The translations under genes were made by a program, and so were the position numbers. Shown here in pieces: positions 34,801 through 46,800 of a stretch of DNA of 64,000 nucleotides. The stretch lies in the NCBI RefSeq assembly GCF_046119375.1, contig NW_027362763.1, forward strand, positions 782,006,001 to 782,070,000, in the 5' to 3' direction. Under the pieces are notes generated by a model. That model did no database searches, had not been told where the DNA came from, and worked only from the letters and a program-made list of their open reading frames with translations. Every line of letters begins with the position of its first letter. Position 1 is the first letter of the stretch. The DNA is from Phyllobates terribilis (Eukaryota).

Positions 34801-37800
34801 GCATTGGATTGTGCAAGAAGAAAGAGGTGTGCTCTCAGTCTAAAACTAAGCAACTGTTCTCAATTATTTTAATAATTTTGAAATTTCTAATCATTATAGT
34901 AACTTTCTCCATTCTGAAGCTTATGAATGACTTACACCATGAAAACAGTATGAACCGGTGAGGAACTCCTTGATCAACTGCTCATCAGTCAGTTTGGAGA
35001 TGTGTGTGGTTCCCACAGTGACGTGCTGCTGGGAGCCCACCGTCACCGGCTTATGGATGGTGGAGAACTTTTCCTTCAAGCCTTGCTGCTCTTCCTAGAA
35101 AAACAGAGACGGGAGCAAAGATTGAAAAGTCACATCTGGATGTTTAACGTGCAGTCTCACAATGCCAACTAAAATGTAATATAAGTTACTGAACTAAGGG
35201 AACAAAAAACCTTAGTACAGCGTCCGACGAGCACGAAAGGCAGCTCACCACCCGACAGACGGCCTCAGCTTAAAAAAAGAAATTACTTGCCGGTCTTCAT
35301 TCTTCCCCCTCTGCATTTCACCAATAATAGCTTTATTTTTCCTTTGATGTGGCTGTATGAGGCCTTGTTTCAGGTGGGAGAATTTATATTTTTTTGAGGG
35401 GGGACAATTTATTTTGGATTGAAGCACAAATAGGAAAAAAAGGTTAATTTCCTTGTTTGTACTGTTCACATTTTACATTGAATAAGCAGTTAAATTAATT
35501 CTTCATATTATTAGGCTCATGTGATACCGTTAATTTTCACGATCTCCTATGAACACCAGCCACCAGCCAGGAGGATCGTAATGACAGGCATAGGAGTTAT
35601 CAGCAGACCCCCAGATGTCATGATAACCCATCGGCGCCCCACAATCACCTCATGGGAATGTGGAATGACGCAACCCACTGCCAATCCCGATTTAACAGGT
35701 TAACTGCCGCGGATGAAGCTCCACTCCAGCAGAGTGTTAAAGGCACATGATGGCTAATTAAATCAGCCATCATCTGCTGAGAAAGATTGAGGCAGGGACA
35801 TGACATATGATGTACATGTACTAACCAATAATGGATTTATATTTTATATGTACATTTTATTTTATAATTTTCAATGTATTACCATAGTTCTGAATGTTAA
35901 TAGAATGAATCCCATGTCTCGATGACCAGCTGCAATTAGGGCTACTCTTTTTCGGGGAAATGTACTAATACGGTCTTAAATTTTGGTTAAAACGAAGTTC
36001 GCCAGATGCAAGATGTGCCAACTATATATATATTACAGTGGCTAGCGTATGATAAATCTTCCCAAACATACTAAACAATTTTCTCTTCTTTTTACCACCT
36101 CTAGGCTACCTTTACACTATTATTCAGCCCCAAAACTTTGGTGCATTTTAAGCCTCACTGCTGGTTTCTAAGCCAGTCCCAGACAGTCTACAGAGGCGCA
36201 AAAAAGTGGCTGAAGAACATATTAAATCCAGCACAGGGCAGAAGCAGCAGGTTTTTTTGCCAAAAAATGAGGCAGAATTTTGTGTTATAGCTTAGCAAAC
36301 CTCTGTTGGTGTGCCCTAAGAAAAGGCTTAGTGTACAGACTGTCCTTTCTAGGCTCCCGGGCTGACTATACAAAGGGCTCTCAGTCCTCGATTAAGGTAG
36401 TCGAGTCGGGAGTTTAGCCAACATTTAGCTCATGGCTATGGCCAACTAAACACATGTATAACATTTATTAGGTTTACCTCTTTATTGGGCTTGAATGGTG
36501 GCCTGATCATCTCTCGCTGCTGTTCAAGTTTCTCCAGGCTTTGTGGTCTTAGTGGTGACCCTGGCATTGACTGGCAGAAAATATCATTTATAGGAGAGGT
36601 CTTAAACCTGTGCAAAATAGAGATAATCACATTGTAATGTTTTCCTGAAACTTGTACAATCTACATAACATCAAGACAGCATTTTCCATTGCTAAGGCAT
36701 TGGAATCAATACAAGATGGATGGTATCTGGGGTACCTTACCTGTAGTTTGGATGAGTACAGAGAAGAGGCGTCAGTATCACCACCTCGTATTCACATGTG
36801 ATGACTTCGGCTACAGACAGGATCTCGTGTTTGGCCTCTGGGTGACAGATGTACATTACAGTTGTGATCCGGGGTTGGTTCTGTTTCAAACTGCATGGCG
36901 TCCCATTCCCCATTTCAATAGGGAAATACGGTGTCATCTGTCCTTCAATGTTTTTGGTTGGGATCTAAAAGGAAAGCAAAAATATTCTACAGTAAAATTT
37001 AATTCTAACATTTTTAGGAAATTTGGTGTAAAAGGGTTAACATAGCTCCGTGATAAAGGAAATGTATTTTCCAGGAAACCAAACATGAAACATTGATAGA
37101 TCATATTCCCTGTAATCAGGTTCCTGAGACCCCCACCGGTCGCTTACACCAAGGGGCAATGGCGCTTAGTTGTTCCATTTGATTTAATTCTTCTGTGGGT
37201 TTCTTAGAATCCAGACATTACTATTAGTATTACTAAACAGGGGCTAGAACATGTCGAAAAATATTTCATAGTTTAGTTACCTTTTCCCTTCAATGGATCA
37301 TATTTGTTAGTGGCTATCAGACAACACAAACGTCATTTTAACAATATTATTATTATTATTTTAAAAAGTGAACACGCTATAAGTGCTCTAAGTAGACAAT
37401 AGTGTCCCATTTATGAACCCATACATCGGTGAAAAAGGAGCGGATCGCGTCTTCATAACTATGACAAGCACAAGTGATCTGATTTTGGAGAAGGAAAGCT
37501 GCAGACTATATCCTGAGACATCCCTGCCAACCTGAAAGTAGGCAGTCTGCTTCATTAAAAAGATGCAGAATACAAGCCACCATCAGCGGCAGCCTGCACT
37601 CTGGGAAGAGCATCATGAAACCATTCTGAAACTACTGCAAGGTAAAGAGAATAACGTACGGATTTAGGGATTCCAGTTTTTTCCTCTTCCTGCTTCTCAC
37701 CTGTTAAATACATGGAATTTTTTTTTTTTACCAGGGAAACGTTAATGCAAATATCATGCTTGCAAATTAAAGAAATAAACGATAAAATTAGGCTCTGTGC

Positions 37801-40800
37801 AGTGTGTTAAAGTGGTATTCCCATCTCCAAGATCCTATCCCAATATGTAGTAGGTGTAATAATAATTATATTAGCAAACATCTTCAATTAGAAATGTAGT
37901 ATAGTATTTTTGATTCGCTACGCCACTTACCTCATGTGCAGACAATACAGGACCTTAGGTATCCATGGTTACGTCCACTGATAAAGTGACAGTTAGCTGC
38001 TAGTGGTCGTAACCGTGGATACCTAAGGTCCTGCAATGCCCTGCACATACAGATAAGTATAATTTTTAGTTTATAGAAAAGTGCAATAGAATGTGTTTAA
38101 CTACACAGAGAGCCACTCCAAAAAAGTGGCCACCATACAGGATATTTTTCTTCTTACACGTGAAGTATCGGAGTCTTCTGACAGGTATCAGAAAATCTTC
38201 ACGGCATAAATCTCCTACAAAGATAATTGAACACAGAGCCCTAAATGTAATAAAATCTATGCCTACCCCAATACTACATTGTTAACAAACCTGTGTCAGA
38301 TGAGCTTTTTTTCACCATGTTCCCGAGGAAATACTCTTGCATATTAGTTTGCTAAAAAAAATAAAAAAATTTAAATCTATGAATAAACTTTACTTAAAGA
38401 AAATATCATCGCTTAGCACAAAGGAGCGATTTTGCTCCTCTGATCGCCCATTAAATAGACAGATTATATATATCTAATAGATAACTAACTTTGTGTGATG
38501 TCCTCTCATATTGTTACAAGAGGGTGGCAGGTGAAGTGACCGAAAAACAACAATTCTGACATTTTGATTTTTTTTTTCATGCCGTTTACCATATGGGTTA
38601 ATTCATTTTATATTTTCATAGATCTAAGAATTAAGGATGCAGCAGTCCCAAATATGTTTGTTTTTTTTCTTTATTTTCAGATTGGGAAAAGGAGATCATT
38701 CAAACTTGAGTCTTTTAATATGTTTGAAAACTTTTCTAATTACTTTTCCCTACATTGGGAAAGAGTCACTCTGCCTTCCCAGCGCCTGTGCACAAGTTCC
38801 CTGCGCACTACACTGACGGCAGGGAGAAGAGCGCCGTCCGTACAGAGGAAACAGCGCAGGCGCAGGATCCGGCCGGGAACTGCACGTCACAGGGCCCTGT
38901 GCAGGGGAGGTGGGGTGAGTATGGAAATAGGGCTAGAAGGCGGGCACTTCTTGGCGTCCGGGGAACGCGAACCTTTGCTTTTTTATTAAATTATTTCTGC
39001 TATTTCACAACAACCAGACCTCTAATATGGGCCATACAGGCATGTATAGATTCACATTTCTATAACCTGTATGCCCATATTAGCGGTCTGGAAAGTCCCA
39101 GGGGGTGACAGATTCCCTTTAAATAGAGATGTTCTGATTAAAGGGTTATTCTCAAGTTGTCTCTTGAGCAGCACACAGCTTTCCAGTCTCCTCACTTCCT
39201 GGTTTATGGCAGGGCGGTCTCTCCTCCTTGAGTGACAGTTCTGGCGAGGAGCAGAGCTGTAGTATTAGTAGAACAATAAATAAAGCTCAGCGCAAGTTCT
39301 TCTATAACACATTCAGCTTTCAGTGGTTGTTCTGGGTCTATACTATTATCACTATTTCTACGTATAGGGATCACAAGGCATTTGGGGGACGTTAGACTGG
39401 ACTGAAAAGATCCTAGTTACTTACCGGTAACGGGATTTTACAGAGCCCATGACAGCACCACCTGAGAGAGGGTATCCGCCCACCAAGGACAGGAACCTAC
39501 TGAATAAAAAGGCGGTACCTCTCCTCCGCATCAGTTTTGTTTCAGAGCATGAGAGTGACTCCGAAGACAGGTTAATACATAACCACCACCTCAACATTTG
39601 TACTAAACACCTTAAAAAGTGCACACCACAGTGATAAAGGGGAGGGAATTAATAGGGTGCTGTCATGGGCTCTGTAAAATCCCGTTACCGGTAAGTAACT
39701 AGGATCTTTTCCCCTTCTCCCATGACAGCACCACCTGAGAGATTTATAGAGATCAAATACCAGAGGGAGGGATCACCGCTTGCAACACCCTTCTACCAAA
39801 GGACAGATCAGAAGAGGAAAGGTCAAGACGGTAATGTTTGTAAAATGTAGCGGGGGATGACCAAGCGCCTTACATATGATGTCGATGGGCACATCCGCCT
39901 TCTCAGCCCAGGAAGCAGCTACCGCTCTGGTGGAATGGGCCTTCAGGTTCTCAGGAACCGGCAGATTGCTAGAAGAGTAGGCTAAGGTAATAATATCCCT
40001 GACCCATCTAGCTATGGTCCCCCTTGTAACCTTAAGTCCTTTCCTAGCCCCCTGAAAGGATATAAATAAAGCGTCACTCTTTCTCCAGGCTTTTGTCACT
40101 TCCAAATACTGGACTAACACCCTCCTAACATCTAAGGTGTGAAGCTTATATTCCTCAGAATCCCTAGGATTAGGATAGAAGGAAGGGAGAGTGATTACTT
40201 GCGTCCTATGGAACTTGGAGGCTACCTTTGGAAGATAGGCCGGGTCTGGTCTTAAGATTACTCTATCCATACATACTTGAGTGAATGGATGGTTAACGGA
40301 TAGTGCGTGTAAGTCACTGACTCTACGAGCTGATGTCAGGGCCACCAATAGCGCAGTCTTTAAAGTTAAGATTTGCTCTGAAACCTTCTCTAAGGGCTCG
40401 AAGGGAGGTTTGGTTAATGCTTCCAGAACTAAATTAAAGTCCCAAGGAGGCATTCTTGGAACAGGAATAGGTCTGGATCTATGACAGGCTTTAATAAATC
40501 TAATGATCCATCTATTTGCTGCCAAGTCATAATTATACAGTGCCCCCAGAGCTGATACCTGTACCTTAATAGTACTGGTGGCTAGTCCCATGTTTAACCC
40601 CTTCTGGAGGAATTCTAGTATGGCCTCAATAGGAATCCTCCCTTTGGCGGACTGACCCGAGGTAGACAAGAACTTAGCCCAGGTTCTACCATAGATTCTA
40701 GTTGTTATCAGTTTTCTACTTGCTAGAAGGGTAGTAACAAGATCCGGAGAAAACCCCCTTTGCGTCAATAGCGACCTCTCAAAATCCAAGCTGTCAAATG

Positions 40801-43800
40801 CAGGCCCGCTCTTTGGGGATGACAGACTGGGCCCTGCCTGAGGAGATCCGGAAGAACCCATGGATCTGCTTGGGACATTCTCTTCATCCAAGTGAACCAT
40901 GGTCTCTTGGGCCAGAACGGGGCGATCAATATAACCCTCGCCCGTTCCTCTCGGATCTTCCTCAGGATAGTAGGGATCAGTACTAAAGGGGGAAAGGCAT
41001 AAGCTAGAGTGAAATCCCATGGAATCTGCAGCGCGTCCACCGCAAACGCCCCCTCTTTTGGATTCAGGGAGCAAAAGGTTTCGGTCTTCCGATTGTGTCT
41101 GTTTGCAAATAGATCTATCTGGGGCTGTCCCCACCGATCCACAATATGCTGAAAAACGGCTGGATTCAACTCCCACTCTCCTTGTTTCAGGATGTGACGA
41201 CTCAAGAAATCGGCCTTTATGTTCTCTTCCCCTTTTATATGCAGTGCCGAGAGCATAACCAGCCGACTCTCGGCAAACCTGAAGATCTGATCCGCTATTA
41301 GCATCAGAGGGAGAGACCTGGTACCCCCCTGACGATTGATGTAGGCGACTGTTGATCTGTTGTCTGACATTATCCTGACGTGAGGACCCTGAAGAACAGA
41401 ACTGAATTCTTTTAGAGCGTTTCTGGCTGCCAACAGCTCTTTCATGTTGGAAGAGAGACTTGTCTCGCTGTCCGACCAGAGGCCTTGAACAGAACGATCC
41501 CTTAGGTGAGCTCCCCAACCTTCCGCACTTGCGTCTGTTGTAATTGTATCCGACACCTGGGAGGTCCAAGGAACCCCCAAAGATAGGTTGACCGGAGATG
41601 TCCACCAGTCCAGGGAGTTGATCACGACACCTGGAAGAGATATTTTCCCATTCAGGCGACCTTTGAGCCGCCTGTCCGCTGCCAGAATCTCCTGTTGAAG
41701 ACATCTGGAATGGTGCTGGGCCCACTGAACCGCCGGGATGCAAGATGTCATTGTACCCAACAGAGACATTGCACTCCTCAGGGTCATGGACGGATTGCTG
41801 ACAACCTGAGATATTAGGGATCTGATCTTCAGCTTCTTTTCCTCTGGCAGAAGACAGGTTTGGTTTTCTGAGTCCAGAATGAGACCCAGGAAAGACTGAA
41901 CCCTCTTTGGTTCCAGCCTTGACTTCTCCAGATTTAACAGCCAACCTAGGCGTCTTAGACTGGCCATGACGTCCGCCAGGGCTAGAGCACAGAGTTGACT
42001 TGATCTGCCCACTACTAAGAAGTCGTCCAGATAAGGGATGACCAGAATATCTCTTTCCCTCAAGTGCGCCGTGACCTCCAGAATAATTTTTGTGAAGACT
42101 CTCGGCGCCATGGAAATGCCAAAGGGAAGAGCTGCGAACTGAAAATGCCTTACGTGCCGGCCGAATTGTACAGCTACTCTTAGAAACTGTTGATGATCTG
42201 GCAAAATCGGGACGTGGTAGTAGGCGTCCTTCAGATCGAGGACGCACATAAAACAGTCCGGAAATGACATCTTTATGGCCGATTTTATTGTTTCCATCTT
42301 GAACGGCCTGTAGATTAAATGGTCGTTCAGCCTCTTTAAGTTCGCAATGGTCCTGAAGGAGCCGTCCGGCTTCTTTATTAGAAAGAGAGTCGAATAGAAT
42401 CCTCTTCCTTGCTCGGGTGCAGGTGTTTCCACCAGAACTCCTTTCATGAGCAGAGAGAGAACTTCCTGCTGTAAGGCTATCTGTTCCGCTAAACCTCTGG
42501 GGGCTGATATTTTGACAGTGTTCTTGGGCCTGCTTTTGAACTCTAATGTGAGCCCCCTCCTGATTATCCCTAAGATCCAAGAATTGGATGAAATTTCCTT
42601 CCAGGCATGCAGGAAGTGGGACAATCTTCCTCCCACCTGGGGGGAACTGTCACTTAGGGGCTTTCTTATTCTCGGAGGAGGGACCCCCGAATATGAAGCC
42701 TCTGTTATACGGCTTTCGGTCTTTCCAGTTACCTTGGTCTCTGGGAGCTTTACTGCGGCTGTATTTTCTCTTCCGAAAGGAACTGTTAAATCGGGAACCA
42801 GACACCGTGGGAAATCCATGTTTTTTGTCTGCGGCTTTATCTAGGATGTCATCTAGACCTTTGCCGAACAAGAAGTCCCCCTCACAAGGGATTGAGCACA
42901 GTTTAGACTTTGACTGCACATCTCCTGGCCAGCTCTTGAGCCATAGCGCCCTACGGGCTGCATTAGAGAGGTTTGCAGACCGGGCAGCCAGCCTAACTGA
43001 ATCTGCCGATGCATCTGCCAGGAATGCAGCCGCTCCCTGCACAAGAGGAAGGTCTGATAGAATTTTCTCCCTGGACACATTCCCCCTGATCTGGTCTTCC
43101 AATTGTTGAAGCCAGATCATCATAGATCTAGCTGTGCAGGTCGCTGCTACTGCCGGTTTAAGGGCCCCTGCTGACGACTCCCAGGCTTGTTTAAGGAAGG
43201 ACTCCGCTTTTTTATCCAGCGGGTCTTTTAAGGCTCCTAAATCCTCAAAGGGCAGAGTGGATTTTTTTGAAGATTTTGAAATGGCCACGTCAATCTTAGG
43301 GGTTTTGTCCCATTTAGCCGCATCCTCATCCTCAAAGGGGTACCTCCGCTTGGAGGATGACGGCAGCTGACCCTTCCTCTCCGGTTTCTTCCATTCCCTT
43401 TCTATCAGAGATTTAATCCTGTCATTGACCGGGAATGAGCGTCTCCTCCTTTGGTCTAAGCCCCCGAACATAACATCCTGGACTGTTCTGGGCACCTTGG
43501 TATCGGTAATACCCATAGTCCCTCTGACGGCTTTAACTAGTTTCTCAGTATTATCAACCGAAAAACAAGGTCTGCCCCCCCATCATCATCCGAAGACTCC
43601 AATGACGATGAGGAGTGATTAGAGGAGGAAGGCAGTTCTCTCGTAAAACGGGACTCCACTGATTCCTTTGATTCTGAAGAAACTAGTTTTCGCTTCTTCT
43701 TTTTGAGTGAGGTTAAGCCTCTTAAAGACTCTCTGACCTCTGTCTGGATTAGATCCTTTAATTCTAAAGAAAACCTGGGGGACTCCTCTGCAATGGTTTT

Positions 43801-46800
43801 CTGAATACAGTCCGAGCAAAGGTTTTTGGCATAGGAGGTGGGAAGACCGATTTTGCATAAAGCACACTCCCTGTTTTTACTTTTAGCACTACACTTCTTC
43901 GCCTCCTGCCCCAAGAAATGAAAGGAGAAGAAGGAGGAAAAGAGAGAGAGAGAAGAGCACATTATTCAGGGTGAGACTTTCACGAAGATCACTCACCACA
44001 CTGCCGTTCAGACTAGGGTACCGGAGGCGGTGGTTGCCGTCCACATGAGGGCTCCCATCTGGCGGAGGTGGACTGACGAAGTCTTTTCTGACCAGTCTTG
44101 CCGGAACTTGTACGCCCTCCACTGCTGTGACTTTGTCGATGGGAAGATTCTCGTTCCATTTGTTTAAGCTGCTTGCGCTGCTTTGATGGCTGTGGCTGCT
44201 GCTGTACTTCCTGTAGCGGTGACAGCTGCTGCCCAGGTGACTGCGGCTCCTCATCCTTCATGGAGGGGATGCAGACACCGCCATCCTGATTGCTCCCCAT
44301 CCTTAAAAAGCAGTAGGGCTCCACCTCCTTTAGCCTCCTCCCCTTCCGGCAGCGTGCTCATTTCAATCTCTTTTTTTTTTTTTTGAATTTTAGCCAGCTG
44401 GCGCGCTACCCGCATATCCACTCGCTTCTGCGCGTGAACAGCCCAGCGGCACCCGGCGCGCTTGCAGCGGGATGACAGCTTCCCACCCGCGCATGCGCAG
44501 ACCCGGCTTCCGGCGCACTCCGTGATAGAGCGCGTCAGCACCCCGCACTTCCGGCGCGCTCCGTCACAGGGTGCGACGCGACCCCCACGTGCGCAGCCAG
44601 GAAGACCTGCAGGCCGGCGCGCTCAGTTCGTCTTTGCGAGGCGCAGACACGGCCGCAGGCCACGGCGCACGCGGGGAGGAATCCAAAAAAGCAGCACCTC
44701 CTCCCCAGACCCGGGCAGCAGCCAGACGGGCTGGGAACAGGAACCATCTGCTGCTTCCACGGCCTCCAGGCCGCACCGTCCATAATCCAGGTACGTGAGG
44801 TACCACCTGGTGAGGCTCCCATCAGGGACAGGAACCAAAAACTGATGCGGAGGAGAGGTACCGCCTTTTTATTCAGTAGGTTCCTGTCCTTGGTGGGCGG
44901 ATACCCTCAGGTGGTGCTGTCATGGGAGAAGGGGAAAATAACAGCTTGTCAGGAGCAGAGAGGGAGGGTGATGGAAATGAGCAGTTGCATATAAATCATG
45001 GAATGGAGAAAGCTGACTGGTATGTTAGGAATTAACTCCTCTCCTAGATAGTAGCTACTGGGCAGAACTGGTGGCCGAGACCCACGGAAACCAGCTGTAC
45101 ACCATGTAAGATAAAGCTCTCACAGCAGGAGAATGGCAGCAGGTAGAAAAAGAATGTCAATTGCAAACTTACTTATTTTCATGCTGTCTAACTAATTAAA
45201 GCAATTAACTTGATAATACTCATTTAATTAGTATATGTCCAATTTTGTGTGATGTGCTCTCCTGAAATGTCTCATACTATCTGTACAAAGAGGAAAAACA
45301 AAAAAAAATGTGTTTGTGAGAAGTCTGTATAATGAAGAAAAAAAATGTAAATAAATTAGAAAGGTTTTGTTTTGTTTAGACAAAGAATAGGGTTATAAGA
45401 ATTCTAATAACTAAGGAAGCAAAAGTTGGTGTGCTTAAAAGCTGCGATAAATGTATATGTACACGAATATAATGCTATGTGCTTATTAATGAGAAGAAAA
45501 ATATAAAATTTCATTAGTTGGTGTTATGATACTGGCACATTGGAGGAGAGCATTTTATAATTATTCTACTATGAAAATTGCGGACATACCATTAAAGGGG
45601 GAATTAAATGGAATAATGAGGGACAATAGTTTTTATAGTGAAAACCTATGTTTTAAATAATGTACAAATAATTTTATCTCCAAAAGTAACGAGAACATTA
45701 AAACATTTATAAATATATAGTGAATACAAAACCCTGGGAGAAATACAATGGATGTAAAACAATAGGACTATTAAATTGTAGAACACTGGGTAAAACGGTC
45801 ACCGAGAATGATTGGGGTGTATGGGTGGATGACCAGTGTCAGGCAGCTGCTGCCAAAGCAAATAAAATAGTATCTATGCCTCTTTTAATGCATCCCATTC
45901 ATAGCAAGAACTTAGTTTTACTAATCAAGTCACTAGTGCGGCCACACTTCGAATACCGTGTACAATTTTACTCTCCGGTGTATAAGACGGACTAAGCTGA
46001 ACTACAGCGGGTAGCAGAGAAGAGCGACCAAGGTCATTAAGGGAATCGGTGGACTGTGATAATAAGACAGGTCATCAAACTTGGGGTGACGCAGTTTGGA
46101 AAAATGAAGGCTATGGGGCGATCTTATTAAAGTGTGCAAATATACGAGGGGACAGTAGAGAGATCTTTCTGATGAGCTTTTTACACCTACACAAGTTACA
46201 AGGGAGCATCTGCTAAGTCTAGAGGAAAGAAGGTTTAATCATAATAATGATAGATGATTCTTTACTGTAAGAGCAGTGAGACTATGGAACTCTTTGCCAC
46301 ATGATGTTGTAATGGTTGATTCACTAAAAAGGTCAAGGAGGGCCTGGATGCCTTTCTTGAAAAATGTAATATTTAACACTAGAGGTGTGCGGGTCCTAAT
46401 TGTTTCTTTTTTGACTCTCTAAGGGCTTGTGCATATGACCGTAAAAATCGGATGAGTGCTATCCGTCATTTTGATGGATAGTACTCATTCCCATGTTATC
46501 CTATGGGGCCGTGCACATGTCCAATTTTTTTCTTGGAACGTGTAGGTCTGAGAGATTTTTTTTTTCTTCTCCATATCCGAGAAAATAGGATCACAGTCTG
46601 ATCAGCATAATCGGACAGATTTTCTCAGATGAGAAAAAACGGTTGAGTGACTCTAGCCTAGTGTGGGACAATTAGCTATCTGCCTCATGGGTTTTTTTTT
46701 TTTCTCTGAATCAACATGCTAGGCCGGAGTCACACTAGCGAATCACATCCGATGCGAGAGTCTCGGATACAATATGCTAATGACACTTGGCTCCTGCTCT

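Larger units (their letters stand above)
39405..44937 (-). mobile_element. DIRS1-type retrotransposon (family B), nearly intact, in ERLEC1 intron 4, same orientation as ERLEC1
   Basis: ITRs at 39405-39538 and 44837-44937 (shared core identical except a 4-bp indel); ICR at 39656-39741; gag, intact pol and overlapping YR. Confidence 0.96.

Noticed and set aside
35221-35245. ccgacgagcacgaaag as a hammerhead core
   Set aside because: CUGA is replaced by CCGA, there is no room for stem II, and no stem III or cleavage triplet.
45330-45730. Possible GIY-YIG/Penelope remnant (CDKC-like motif) upstream of the CR1 piece
   Set aside because: AT-rich and heavily decayed; no continuous motif I can verify by eye.
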